Shown: positions 1 to 7,399, counted from the first letter of the stretch. The stretch is DNA of 58,541 nucleotides from Methanobacteriota archaeon (GCA_002708695.1 PAOZ01000033.1:1-58541), one strand, 5' to 3'. Made by a program: numbers and translations. Notes: generated from the sequence alone by a model not told the origin.

Positions 1-114
1 AGTTTGGGGGGAGGGAGGGGGAAATAACGAAAATTGCAAAAATCTACCCAGTTTAGGCCTCGCCGGGATTTTTAGGGCACCAACGGGTCCCCCGCTACAC
101 TCTCCGAACTACTC

Positions 115-735
115 ATGTGCTCCTCGCTCCAGCTCTCGCAGATCATCGACCACCTTACCGAGAACAAGTACAGCCGCGACGGCGCTCTGAAGCTCCTGGA
201 GAAGGAGGGACTCCTGCCGAAGAACATGATCCCCAAGGTTAAGGAAGAGAAGCCAGAGTCCCGCTTCGCCTCTCAGGCGGCGCAGGACGCTGCAGACGCT
301 ACCATGCTCGACTTCTCAGAGTGCCAGGGGACCAGCAAGAACGGCAAGATCACCGTGAAGGACGTGAAGGACTTCGCGGCTTCCAAGGTTAAGAAGGTCA
401 ACGCCAGCCCGGCTGCGGTGACCTACGCCAAGGACCACGGACTCAACCTGGAGGAAGTCACTGCCACCGGCAAAGACGGCAAGATCACCATCCAGGACGT
501 GAAGAAGTTCGCCGCTCCCGAGGAGAAGAAGGCTAAGAAACCCAAGCTCTCCCCGGGCGCCCTGAAGCTGGCCAAGCAGTGGCAGCTGGACGAGGACGAC
601 CTTGCGGAGGTGAAGCCAACTGGCTCGGGCGACACCATCAAGAAGTCCGACCTCAAGGAGCTGGTCGAGGCGGCTAAGGAGGCCTGGGCGGCTGAGGAGA
701 CGGACGAGGACTTGGGCACGGACTCTGACGCTTGA
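115..735 (+). CDS. Protein with three tandem E3-binding/PSBD-like (HeH-fold) repeats and an acidic tail
   Basis: Three repeats: ASQAAQDAAD..GTSKNGKITVKDV, ASPAAVTYAKDHGLNLEEVTATGKDGKITIQDV, LSPGALKLAK..PTGSGDTIKKSDL. They match the 2-oxoacid dehydrogenase PSBD pattern (ASP..R..A....+DL..+.GTG..GRI...DV). GC-rich codon usage. Confidence 0.7.
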   Translation: MCSSLQLSQIIDHLTENKYSRDGALKLLEKEGLLPKNMIPKVKEEKPESRFASQAAQDAADATMLDFSECQGTSKNGKITVKDVKDFAASKVKKVNASPAAVTYAKDHGLNLEEVTATGKDGKITIQDVKKFAAPEEKKAKKPKLSPGALKLAKQWQLDEDDLAEVKPTGSGDTIKKSDLKELVEAAKEAWAAEETDEDLGTDSDA

Positions 736-767
736 AGAACATCGACTAAACACCAAAAAACAAAAAA

Positions 768-795
768 CCCCTAAAAAGAGCCCTCTCGAGGGACT
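768..795. terminator. Intergenic hairpin, family B (CCCTAAAAA..GAGCCCT-CTCG-AGGGA)
   Basis: Imperfect stem-loop downstream of the 115..735 stop; related to the hairpin at 1466-1501. Confidence 0.4.
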
Positions 796-831
796 AAAAA
801 CACCGTAACGAAGAAGAGGAGACCATCACCA

Positions 832-1149
832 ATGCTATCAGACCTTCCCAAGGATCTCCATCTTCTCATCTTGGAACATGACGAAGAGAAGAAACGCCTG
901 AAAGAGGAAAACGAGAGGTTGAAGGCTCAGGTGAAGATGACCCAACTTATTCTCCTTGGACCCGAGCGCGTTGGGTGGGCGTCGTCCTTCCCTCGAGAGG
1001 TCGAGGTCCTCCCAAGTGAGATGTACAGATATTATAAAACCTTTGGGATTGTACAGTTAAAAGACAAAGTGAGGAGTTTGGGTCTCTCTGGGTATGGAAA
1101 TTCAAAGCGTGTTCTCATCAAGCGTCTTATCGAATACTACCTTGATTGA
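832..1149 (+). CDS. Hypothetical protein with N-terminal coiled coil and C-terminal Rho-N/SAP-like HeH motif
   Basis: ATG start; C-terminus IVQLKDKVRSLGLSGYGNSKRVLIKRL fits the LK...R.LGL.GY....K..LI pattern. Confidence 0.55.
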   Translation: MLSDLPKDLHLLILEHDEEKKRLKEENERLKAQVKMTQLILLGPERVGWASSFPREVEVLPSEMYRYYKTFGIVQLKDKVRSLGLSGYGNSKRVLIKRLIEYYLD

Positions 1150-1155
1150 GTATAT

Positions 1156-1192
1156 AACCAGCAGCGCTCCTAGGAGCGCATAAGTCTGGGTA
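1156..1192. repeat. Intergenic palindromic repeat, family A copy 1
   Basis: aaccagcagcgctcctaggagcgcataagtctgggta contains the perfect 16-bp palindrome GCGCTCCTAGGAGCGC; 36/37 identical to 3661-3697. Confidence 0.9.
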
Positions 1193-1210
1193 GAGAACTT
1201 AACGAAAACC

Positions 1211-1462
1211 ATGCCTACGCTGAGTCGCGGCAAGCTCATCCCCGCAGCGGTCGCGACCGAGACGTGGAAAACCCTGGTTAAGCCTTACGTCCCCCCAAAG
1301 TGCCTGGAAGTTCTAGATCATTTCACTGAAATGGCTATCGAAGCACACTTCCGAGAGCAAGTGGCAGAAGCTATTCTAGCGTCTTACGGAACAGGGTTGA
1401 CAATCACCGACGCCACTGAAAGCTGGTGGACTGAAGCCAAGCGTGTAAATACACCCCCATAA
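1211..1462 (+). CDS. Hypothetical protein
   Basis: 83-aa ATG-initiated ORF between two intergenic hairpins, co-oriented with its neighbours. Confidence 0.55.
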   Translation: MPTLSRGKLIPAAVATETWKTLVKPYVPPKCLEVLDHFTEMAIEAHFREQVAEAILASYGTGLTITDATESWWTEAKRVNTPP

Positions 1463-1465
1463 ATA

Positions 1466-1501
1466 CCCTAAAAACCATGGTGAGCCCTTTCGAGGGCTCA
1501 C
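1466..1501. terminator. Intergenic hairpin, family B (GTGAGCCCT-TTCG-AGGGCTCAC)
   Basis: Perfect 9-bp stem with a TTCG loop just after the 1462 stop. Confidence 0.55.
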
Positions 1502-1561
1502 AAACCCCGTTTCTTTTTATTATTTAAAGATAAATAATATAAAATTATAATAACGGCAGAA

Positions 1562-2185
1562 ATGAATCCAAATTTACAAATGTATGAAAGAAAAGAAGAC
1601 ATTAACACCGTTCATAGACCAGATTTTAACCCAAGAAGGTACAATTCCATACAAGATAGAGTAAATTCTGATCCAGAGTTCGAAAAAATGTACATCGATA
1701 AATTAATTTCTGAAGGATGGTATAAATTACTTGATAATCGCTCAATTTTATCAGAGGAAATGAAAGGGCGCCATTTTAAATACCGTTTAAATGGAAAAAG
1801 TTTGTCTGGGGCTAAAAAAGGGACATTTAGGAGCGGTGGAATTATCATTGGGAGATCAAATGACGATGACGACGGTAAATATATAATGTATAAGGCTTAT
1901 AACGGAAGAATATTCCCTCTTCAAATCAGTGATATATTAGAAATATATACAAAAGATCCATCTATTAAAATCCAGGGCTCAAAAAAAGAACAGAGTGTGT
2001 CTAAAACTGTATTTTTTAATAGACCAGGTGGTATAACTAAATTCCCTGTTTATTTATTGTCTGAATTATCCGGAGAACGAATTCCTATCTATTACGCAAG
2101 GGATAAATACTCTCAAGAGAGATTTGCGGCGTCTAAAAAATATCAATATGCCCTTAAAACCGGCGATTGGAATTTTTCTACTTAA
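1562..2185 (+). CDS. Hypothetical protein
   Basis: 207-aa ORF with background AT-rich codon usage; TTTAAAG motif upstream. Confidence 0.7.
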   Translation: MNPNLQMYERKEDINTVHRPDFNPRRYNSIQDRVNSDPEFEKMYIDKLISEGWYKLLDNRSILSEEMKGRHFKYRLNGKSLSGAKKGTFRSGGIIIGRSNDDDDGKYIMYKAYNGRIFPLQISDILEIYTKDPSIKIQGSKKEQSVSKTVFFNRPGGITKFPVYLLSELSGERIPIYYARDKYSQERFAASKKYQYALKTGDWNFST

Positions 2186-2283
2186 AGAAACTTTTAACTT
2201 TTGAATATAAAGACTTTTGAATATAAAGAACTTAAAGAATCCCCCCAAAGTGCCATACTGTAAAAGTCCGTTTTTGTGGGACG

Positions 2284-2667
2284 AATTACATCAAATTACA
2301 TAAATGGGGGCGGACTTTTTTTATACCCGTAGTGTGGGTATAAAACCTCTTTTTATAACTTTTTTTTACGGGTATAAAAAAAAATTACACATGGTCCGCA
2401 CCAAAAAAGTTAGCTGAAATTTTTTTTTTTTTGAATGATTTTAAAAGTTTAAAAGTTCCTATTTAAAGAAATCACAATTTCTAATATAAAGACTTTTGTG
2501 ATTTTTTTTTACCCTCCGTTTTTTTTTTAAAAATAAAAAAGTTTTTCGATGCGGACTTACGGGAATTTTTTTTTCATACCCGTGAAAAATTTTAAAAAAA
2601 AACGAATTATACCCGTGGTGTGGGTATAAGCAAAGTCCGTTTCGATTTATGTAATTTGATGTAATTT
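2284..2667. repeat. ~380-bp non-coding imperfect inverted repeat with repeated TATACCC(G) and GTCCG motifs
   Basis: Arm 2284-2343 (aattacatcaaattacataaat..cggacttt..ttatacccgtagtgtgggtataa) mirrors arm ~2607-2667. Inner pairs: tacgggtataaaaaa/ttttttcatacccgtg and gtccgca/tgcggac. Confidence 0.8.
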
Positions 2668-2750
2668 GATAAAAATTGATGTAATTTTTAAAAACGATGA
2701 AATTTACGAAAAAATATTGTATTTAAAAAAAAGAATAAGATGATTTAATA

Positions 2751-3170
2751 ATGGAGGAACACAATAAAAGACCTACCTGGGAAGAATACTTTAAATCCCT
2801 GGTAAAATTAACAGCCAGTCGTTCACCATGTGAAAGACTGCAAGTTGGTTGCATTTTTATAAAAGATAATAGAATTATTGCACAAGGTTATAATGGCTAT
2901 ATACCAGGATGTGATCATAAGTCAGTTATAAAAGATAATCATAATGTAGCTATAATACACGCAGAACAGAATACAATAACAGATTGTGCTAAAAGAGGTG
3001 TAAGTTCTCATGGATGTTGTGCTTATGTAACACATAGACCCTGTTATAACTGTATGAAATTAATGGTTTCATCTGGTATAAAAGAGGTAAAATATATAAA
3101 TGATTATAAAAATGATGATCTTGTTACTGATTTGTCTAATGAATGTGGTGTAAGGGTTTTAAAGATTTAA
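2751..3170 (+). CDS. dCMP deaminase
   Basis: Motifs RSPCERLQVGC, IIAQGYNG, HAEQN and PCYNC (zinc deaminase HAE/PCxxC). Confidence 0.93.
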   Translation: MEEHNKRPTWEEYFKSLVKLTASRSPCERLQVGCIFIKDNRIIAQGYNGYIPGCDHKSVIKDNHNVAIIHAEQNTITDCAKRGVSSHGCCAYVTHRPCYNCMKLMVSSGIKEVKYINDYKNDDLVTDLSNECGVRVLKI

Positions 3171-3226
3171 AATTTGCTAAAAAATATTATAGTTAAAAAA
3201 TAATTATATGTGTAGGATATATTACT

Positions 3227-3649
3227 ATGGACGAAAACAATTGGGACGGAATAACCATAACAGTTATGACTCCAAACCTTATTAATAAATTTGTAAGCAT
3301 CCCTGGTAAAACGTGGGAAGAAAAACTTATGTCTTGTATAAATTGTGAATGTTGTCCAAGACATATGATTAATAGACCCACTGAGCTTAAACCATGGATT
3401 GAATTGCCTTGGAGTGGAAACGAAGAAAAGTATGAAATGGATGGTTGTGTTTGTCCTTGTAGACATAATGCTAGATTCATTTGTCGTCAAGTAGAAGAAC
3501 CGGTTTCATTGTGTCCCCAAGGAAGTCCAAAGGAGGTTGATGATTTTACAACCGTTCTTACACCAGTCGAGAGAAATGCATGGCTTGACAGATTGGATGT
3601 CCAGGAAATGGAAGAGGCAATGGAAGTCCTTACAACATCTGAAAGTTAG
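3227..3649 (+). CDS. Cys/His-rich hypothetical protein, paralog of 7434..7889
   Basis: CECCPRH and CVCPCRHNARFICR motifs shared with 7434..7889. Confidence 0.7.
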   Translation: MDENNWDGITITVMTPNLINKFVSIPGKTWEEKLMSCINCECCPRHMINRPTELKPWIELPWSGNEEKYEMDGCVCPCRHNARFICRQVEEPVSLCPQGSPKEVDDFTTVLTPVERNAWLDRLDVQEMEEAMEVLTTSES

Positions 3650-3660
3650 AAATAATATAA

Positions 3661-3697
3661 AACCAGCAGCGCTCCTAGGAGCGCATAAGCCTGGGTA
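3661..3697. repeat. Intergenic palindromic repeat, family A copy 2
   Basis: aaccagcagcgctcctaggagcgcataagcctgggta; one mismatch to copy 1. Confidence 0.9.
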
Positions 3698-3710
3698 AGT
3701 AAATTGAGTA

Positions 3711-4205
3711 ATGGAACAATCAGAGCTATTATTGCTCGAAGGTGAACTTTTAGCGTGGAATGTCGATGGAAGCGGTGACGCGATGGTCGAAGGAGGATCA
3801 TGGATCGGTTACGCAGAGAAAGTTACCGGTCGGAAGCGCGGACGCTGCTCATACTCCGACTGCGTAAACGATTCAGAGGTTGGTGGTCACATCTGGATTT
3901 CCCGTGTTGGTTGTGTTATAGCTCCAATATGTAAGTCGTGCAACTGGCCCGAAAACAAAAAAAGGTGGCAGGGGTCTGGTTCGAAGATGCGCAGTAATAT
4001 TGTAGTTTCGCGGACGGAGTTGACAGACGGTATGAAGATGGCTCCCCGGAGGAGATTGCAGGACCCTCTCTGGAATGACGGTGACCACTATATTGATACT
4101 TCATTACGTATGTGTGTATCGTGTAAAAAAGACATTACATCCAGACCCAGTAATTATACACAGTGTTATAATTGCTGGAAGATAGATAACAAATATAATT
4201 ACTAA
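3711..4205 (+). CDS. Putative zinc-binding hypothetical protein
   Basis: CSYSDC..GGHIW..PICKSCN, plus C-terminal CVSC..QCYNC. Confidence 0.65.
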   Translation: MEQSELLLLEGELLAWNVDGSGDAMVEGGSWIGYAEKVTGRKRGRCSYSDCVNDSEVGGHIWISRVGCVIAPICKSCNWPENKKRWQGSGSKMRSNIVVSRTELTDGMKMAPRRRLQDPLWNDGDHYIDTSLRMCVSCKKDITSRPSNYTQCYNCWKIDNKYNY

Positions 4206-4221
4206 TTAAATATAATAGATA

Positions 4222-4257
4222 AACCAGTAAACTCTTCGGAGTTCTTAAGGCTGAGTA
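4222..4257. repeat. Intergenic hairpin repeat, family A copy 3 (diverged, compensatory changes)
   Basis: aaccagtaaactcttcggagttcttaaggctgagta aligns to copies 1 and 2; inner stem ACTC-TTCG-GAGT. Confidence 0.7.
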
Positions 4258-4260
4258 AAG

Positions 4261-5397
4261 ATGGTTTATCTATTATTTTCTTTAACAGCGTCATATGTTT
4301 TACAATTGAGAAAACCATCTGAATATAGTATTGCAAAAATAAGTACTATGTTAGAACGCACCAAGGGTCAAAAAACAATACCCATAAAAGCTACATTTAA
4401 TCGAGACTATGTTGTTAATGACGAAACAATGAGATGGTATCTTTCTTCTATAGGGTCTAAACGTCTTTTAGAAAAAGATGAAGAAATACAATTAGCATTG
4501 GCTGTAAAACATCTAATAGAATGGAATAATGCCAGGGAAGAGCTCAAAATAAATCTAGGACGTGAACCCACTAAAAAAGAATGGGCTATGAGTTTAGGTT
4601 TTGACGGAACTAATAAAAGTCTTAATAAATTTGAAAAAAGACTGGAACTATTTGAACAATGTAAAGAATGTATGATAACAAGCAATCTTAGGCTTGTAGT
4701 TTCAATAGCAAAAAAATATACTAATAAAGGAGTTAATATACAGGATTTGATTCAAGAAGGTTCAATGGGTTTAATTAAAGCAGTTGAAAAGTTTGATATA
4801 GAGCGTAATTGTCGTTTTTCTACTTATGCACACCATTGGATTAAACAGGCTATAACAAGGGGTGTTGCTAGATATTCTAGACCAATTAGAATTCCTATAT
4901 ATATGTCAGATTGTGCAAATAGTATTAAAAGAGCACGTAAAATTTTTTACTTAGCTAATGGTTACTCACCTACGGATAATGAACTCGCTGGTATATTAGG
5001 AATATCGGAGTCAAAATTTCGAAAAGCCTTTGATTCTAATAGACTCTTGTTATCTTTAGATGCACCATATTATCAAAACATATTAACAAATGAGGAAAAA
5101 ATTTGGATTGATATAATTCAAGACAAAAAAAGTGTTCCAGAAGACTCTTTTCAAGATAGTCAACTAAATCAAGAACTTTATAAAATTATAACAAATGTTC
5201 TTAATACACAAGAACGAGAAATATTATTTTTAAAATATGGTTTGATGGGTAGAGATACTCTTACCATGGATCAAATTAGCAAAATTTATCAGTGTCCAAA
5301 AGATACGATACAGAAGATACATTTAAGATCTTTAAGAAGACTTAGAAATACACCCCAAAAAAGTAAATTGTTTTTACCCGAATATAAGTTTGATTAA
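4261..5397 (+). CDS. Sigma-70 family RNA polymerase sigma factor, plastid/cyanobacterial type, with putative bipartite plastid-targeting leader
   Basis: Region 1.2 MRWYLSSIGSKRLLEKDEEIQLA; region 2 SNLRLVVSIAKKY..QDLIQEGSMGLIKAVEKFD..RFSTYAHHWIKQAI; region 3 PTDNELAGILGIS..SLDAP; region 4 LNTQEREILFLKYGL; cyanobacterial/plastid-type LGREPTKKEWA insert. Confidence 0.93.
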   Translation: MVYLLFSLTASYVLQLRKPSEYSIAKISTMLERTKGQKTIPIKATFNRDYVVNDETMRWYLSSIGSKRLLEKDEEIQLALAVKHLIEWNNAREELKINLGREPTKKEWAMSLGFDGTNKSLNKFEKRLELFEQCKECMITSNLRLVVSIAKKYTNKGVNIQDLIQEGSMGLIKAVEKFDIERNCRFSTYAHHWIKQAITRGVARYSRPIRIPIYMSDCANSIKRARKIFYLANGYSPTDNELAGILGISESKFRKAFDSNRLLLSLDAPYYQNILTNEEKIWIDIIQDKKSVPEDSFQDSQLNQELYKIITNVLNTQEREILFLKYGLMGRDTLTMDQISKIYQCPKDTIQKIHLRSLRRLRNTPQKSKLFLPEYKFD

Positions 5398-5407
5398 GTA
5401 AAATATA

Positions 5408-5435
5408 ATCTCTTAGGAGTTTTAAGAACGAGGTA
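5408..5435. repeat. Family A hairpin repeat copy 4 (degenerate)
   Basis: ctcttaggag core followed by ttttaagaacgaggta, 8 nt before the ATG at 5444. Confidence 0.55.
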
Positions 5436-5443
5436 AAAGAAAT

Positions 5444-5713
5444 ATGTATTCTCAACTCGTAGATGAACCCGAAATTCTACCAGCGTCTGATGCTCGACTA
5501 CAGATGTATATTAGATATCTTCTAGCAACTGAAGACTTAAAGATGGCTAATCAGCTAGCATCTCATAAGAGAACCCTTGATCTAGATGAGGCCGCCCTTG
5601 TTTTGGCAGCTTCACAAAAAATCCCTGAACTTAGATCTAACACAAGAGCGCTTCATAAGAAACTTACTAAACTCTTTATGCAAGAGGTTCTTGATATTAC
5701 TCCGCCAAATTAA
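5444..5713 (+). CDS. Hypothetical protein
   Basis: 89-aa helical-looking ATG ORF within the co-oriented array. Confidence 0.55.
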   Translation: MYSQLVDEPEILPASDARLQMYIRYLLATEDLKMANQLASHKRTLDLDEAALVLAASQKIPELRSNTRALHKKLTKLFMQEVLDITPPN

Positions 5714-5770
5714 ATTTATAGTAAGAATAGATTAATTATTATGTGTGTTCTCTATAAAGGATAAAGTAAT

Positions 5771-6265
5771 ATGTCTGTTCCACGTTTAGCTGACAAAGCA
5801 TCTTTAACTCTTCTATATAACAATAATAATGAGGTAGACTTTACACCATATGTTTCGTGTTGTAAAAATATACAACGAGTATTTACCAAATACATTAAAG
5901 AAAAGAAAGCAGTAATTTATATTCAAAAGATTTTTAGAGGATTTATTTGGAGAGATGTCTTATTTGGTTATTTTCCCATGTCGGATGATGTAGATTTTGT
6001 ATCAAGAATAGTAAAAGTATTGAGACCTGAATGGTCTCTTCCAGCATGGAGAGTTTACATTGAAGCAGGAAGAATCCCCCCTTGGAGATGTTCCTGGTCA
6101 AGTCTTACACCCGATAGAAGCCCTTGGTATGAATGGGGTAGATTTTATGATAGGTGGAGTGTAGCGTTTGTTTTTTATAAAAGACCTTATTTGGCCAGAA
6201 GAAAATTATATTTTAGAACTGCTATTAGAAATTTCTGGATAGAAAGGAAAATATATGTACTTTAA
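5771..6265 (+). CDS. IQ-motif protein, paralog of 6303..6818
   Basis: AVIYIQKIFRGFIWR fits IQxxxRGxxxR; N-terminus SVPRLADKASLTLLYN is shared with the next ORF. Confidence 0.7.
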   Translation: MSVPRLADKASLTLLYNNNNEVDFTPYVSCCKNIQRVFTKYIKEKKAVIYIQKIFRGFIWRDVLFGYFPMSDDVDFVSRIVKVLRPEWSLPAWRVYIEAGRIPPWRCSWSSLTPDRSPWYEWGRFYDRWSVAFVFYKRPYLARRKLYFRTAIRNFWIERKIYVL

Positions 6266-6267
6266 AT

Positions 6268-6296
6268 AAACTCTTAGGAGTTCATAAAATAAGGTA
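6268..6296. repeat. Family A hairpin repeat copy 5 (degenerate)
   Basis: aaactcttaggagttcataaaataaggta, 6 nt before the ATG at 6303. Confidence 0.55.
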
Positions 6297-6302
6297 AAGA
6301 AA

Positions 6303-6818
6303 ATGCATATTCCTACCCTGGCAGATAAAGCAGCTCTTTCTCTATTCTATAATAGCAGTAGTGTAATAGATTTTTCACCTTTTGATGATTTTGCAACTAT
6401 TATACAGAAATTTTATAAATTATACATTCTAAAGGTTCGAGCAAGTGTTTATATTCAAAAGATTTATAGGGGATATTCGTGGAGAATTTGTATATATGAT
6501 TTCAGAGGATCTCATAGGGATTACATTTGTAGAGTAGTAGAAAAACTAAGACCTGAATGGCCAATAAGAGGGTGGAATTCTTTTGTAGATCGTGATGGTA
6601 TCAGAGTTTGTCGTAGATATTTACCTGAAGGAGTTGTTCCTTGGTCTCAGTGGGCTAATTTTTATGATACCTGGAATACTGCATTTTGTTATCATCTCAG
6701 ACCTAATTTATCCAAGAGAAGAATGAATTTTCATGCAACCCTGTTTCACACGCGAGAGAAGTATAGATATAGCAGAGCTCCCGACAGATATTATACCCCA
6801 GTTCCGTGGATGGCATAA
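6303..6818 (+). CDS. IQ-motif protein, paralog of 5771..6265
   Basis: ASVYIQKIYRGYSWR IQ motif; LRPEW, PW..W..FYD.W..AF and RP.L..R shared with the upstream ORF. Confidence 0.7.
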   Translation: MHIPTLADKAALSLFYNSSSVIDFSPFDDFATIIQKFYKLYILKVRASVYIQKIYRGYSWRICIYDFRGSHRDYICRVVEKLRPEWPIRGWNSFVDRDGIRVCRRYLPEGVVPWSQWANFYDTWNTAFCYHLRPNLSKRRMNFHATLFHTREKYRYSRAPDRYYTPVPWMA

Positions 6819-6831
6819 TTGATTAGAATAT

Positions 6832-6872
6832 TTAATTACGACTCCTAGGAGTTTAAAGGAGGGCGTAATTAA
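6832..6872. repeat. Family A hairpin repeat copy 6
   Basis: Outer stem ttaattacg/cgtaattaa encloses the inner palindrome actcctaggagt with a 3' bulge. Confidence 0.65.
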
Positions 6873-6889
6873 GTATTACATTAAAAAGA

Positions 6890-7093
6890 ATGATTGTAAA
6901 TATCATAGGAATTGGTTCATTTCTGTATCTTATTGGTTTTTATTTTGGTTGTACACCGACTACCAGAACTAAAATACAACCGAATTTTTTTAAGACGGGG
7001 GGTTGTCCTTATAATCAAACTACAAAAGATCCAATGGTATTAAAATTAAGAAAGTGTAATATTAGTGTTCGTCGTAGAATTAATGATGAATAA
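6890..7093 (+). CDS. Small hypothetical protein with hydrophobic N-terminus
   Basis: 67-aa ATG ORF following hairpin copy 6. Confidence 0.45.
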   Translation: MIVNIIGIGSFLYLIGFYFGCTPTTRTKIQPNFFKTGGCPYNQTTKDPMVLKLRKCNISVRRRINDE

Positions 7094-7101
7094 AAGGGGA
7101 C

Positions 7102-7174
7102 TAGGGCACATGGGGATCGAACCCATGACCACAAGATTAAAAGTCTTGCGCTCTGCCTACTGAGCTAGTGCCCC
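7102..7174 (-). tRNA. trnK: tRNA-Lys (anticodon UUU)
   Basis: Minus strand folds as GGGGCAC TA GCTC AGTAGGCA GAGC G CAAGA CT-TTT-AA TCTTG TGGTC ATGGG TTCGATC CCCAT GTGCCCT A; CCA not encoded. Confidence 0.96.
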
Positions 7175-7204
7175 TTTTATTTATCTTAAATCTTATATCA
7201 GTAT

Positions 7205-7399
7205 TTATACCATATTAAAATCAGAAAACTCTCTAGGACCAAATGGGAAACTATTGGATGATGTATTATTGTATAAAATGTCATCAAGTTTAATAGCATA
7301 ATCAATTTCTTGTTTCTTTGAAAGATTATCGTGAGCATATAGCCATGCGAACCATATAATAAGATATGATATAAAAATTTTAAACGGAGGTGGATCCAT
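7205..7399 (-). CDS. Small single-TM hypothetical protein
   Basis: ATG start, one hydrophobic helix, CTTAAAG motif upstream. Confidence 0.5.
   Translation of the reverse strand: MDPPPFKIFISYLIIWFAWLYAHDNLSKKQEIDYAIKLDDILYNNTSSNSFPFGPREFSDFNMV

Noticed and set aside
316-756. Minus-strand ORFs 316..756 and 423..719
   Set aside because: Antisense shadows of the GC-rich gene 115..735, whose codon bias suppresses reverse-strand stops; no motifs.
2284-2667. Calling the inverted repeat a MITE
   Set aside because: No target-site duplication or second copy is visible; kept only as an alternative in the finding.
1156-3697. 37-bp palindromic repeats as a CRISPR array
   Set aside because: Copies are kilobases apart and separated by whole genes, there are no spacer-length intervals, and no cas genes are present.
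4261-5397. Sigma factor as evidence that the window is bacterial or phage DNA
   Set aside because: The window carries NCLDV hallmark genes (A32, MCP paralogs, TFIIB, PolB), and the sigma gene has the same AT-rich codon usage and a family A hairpin on each side.
3691-6300. GTAAG/GTAAA at the 3' end of the family A repeats as splice donors or a spliced-leader-like RNA
   Set aside because: A donor directly before each ATG would remove the gene start; no Sm site or acceptor is evident; short AT-rich matches are expected by chance.
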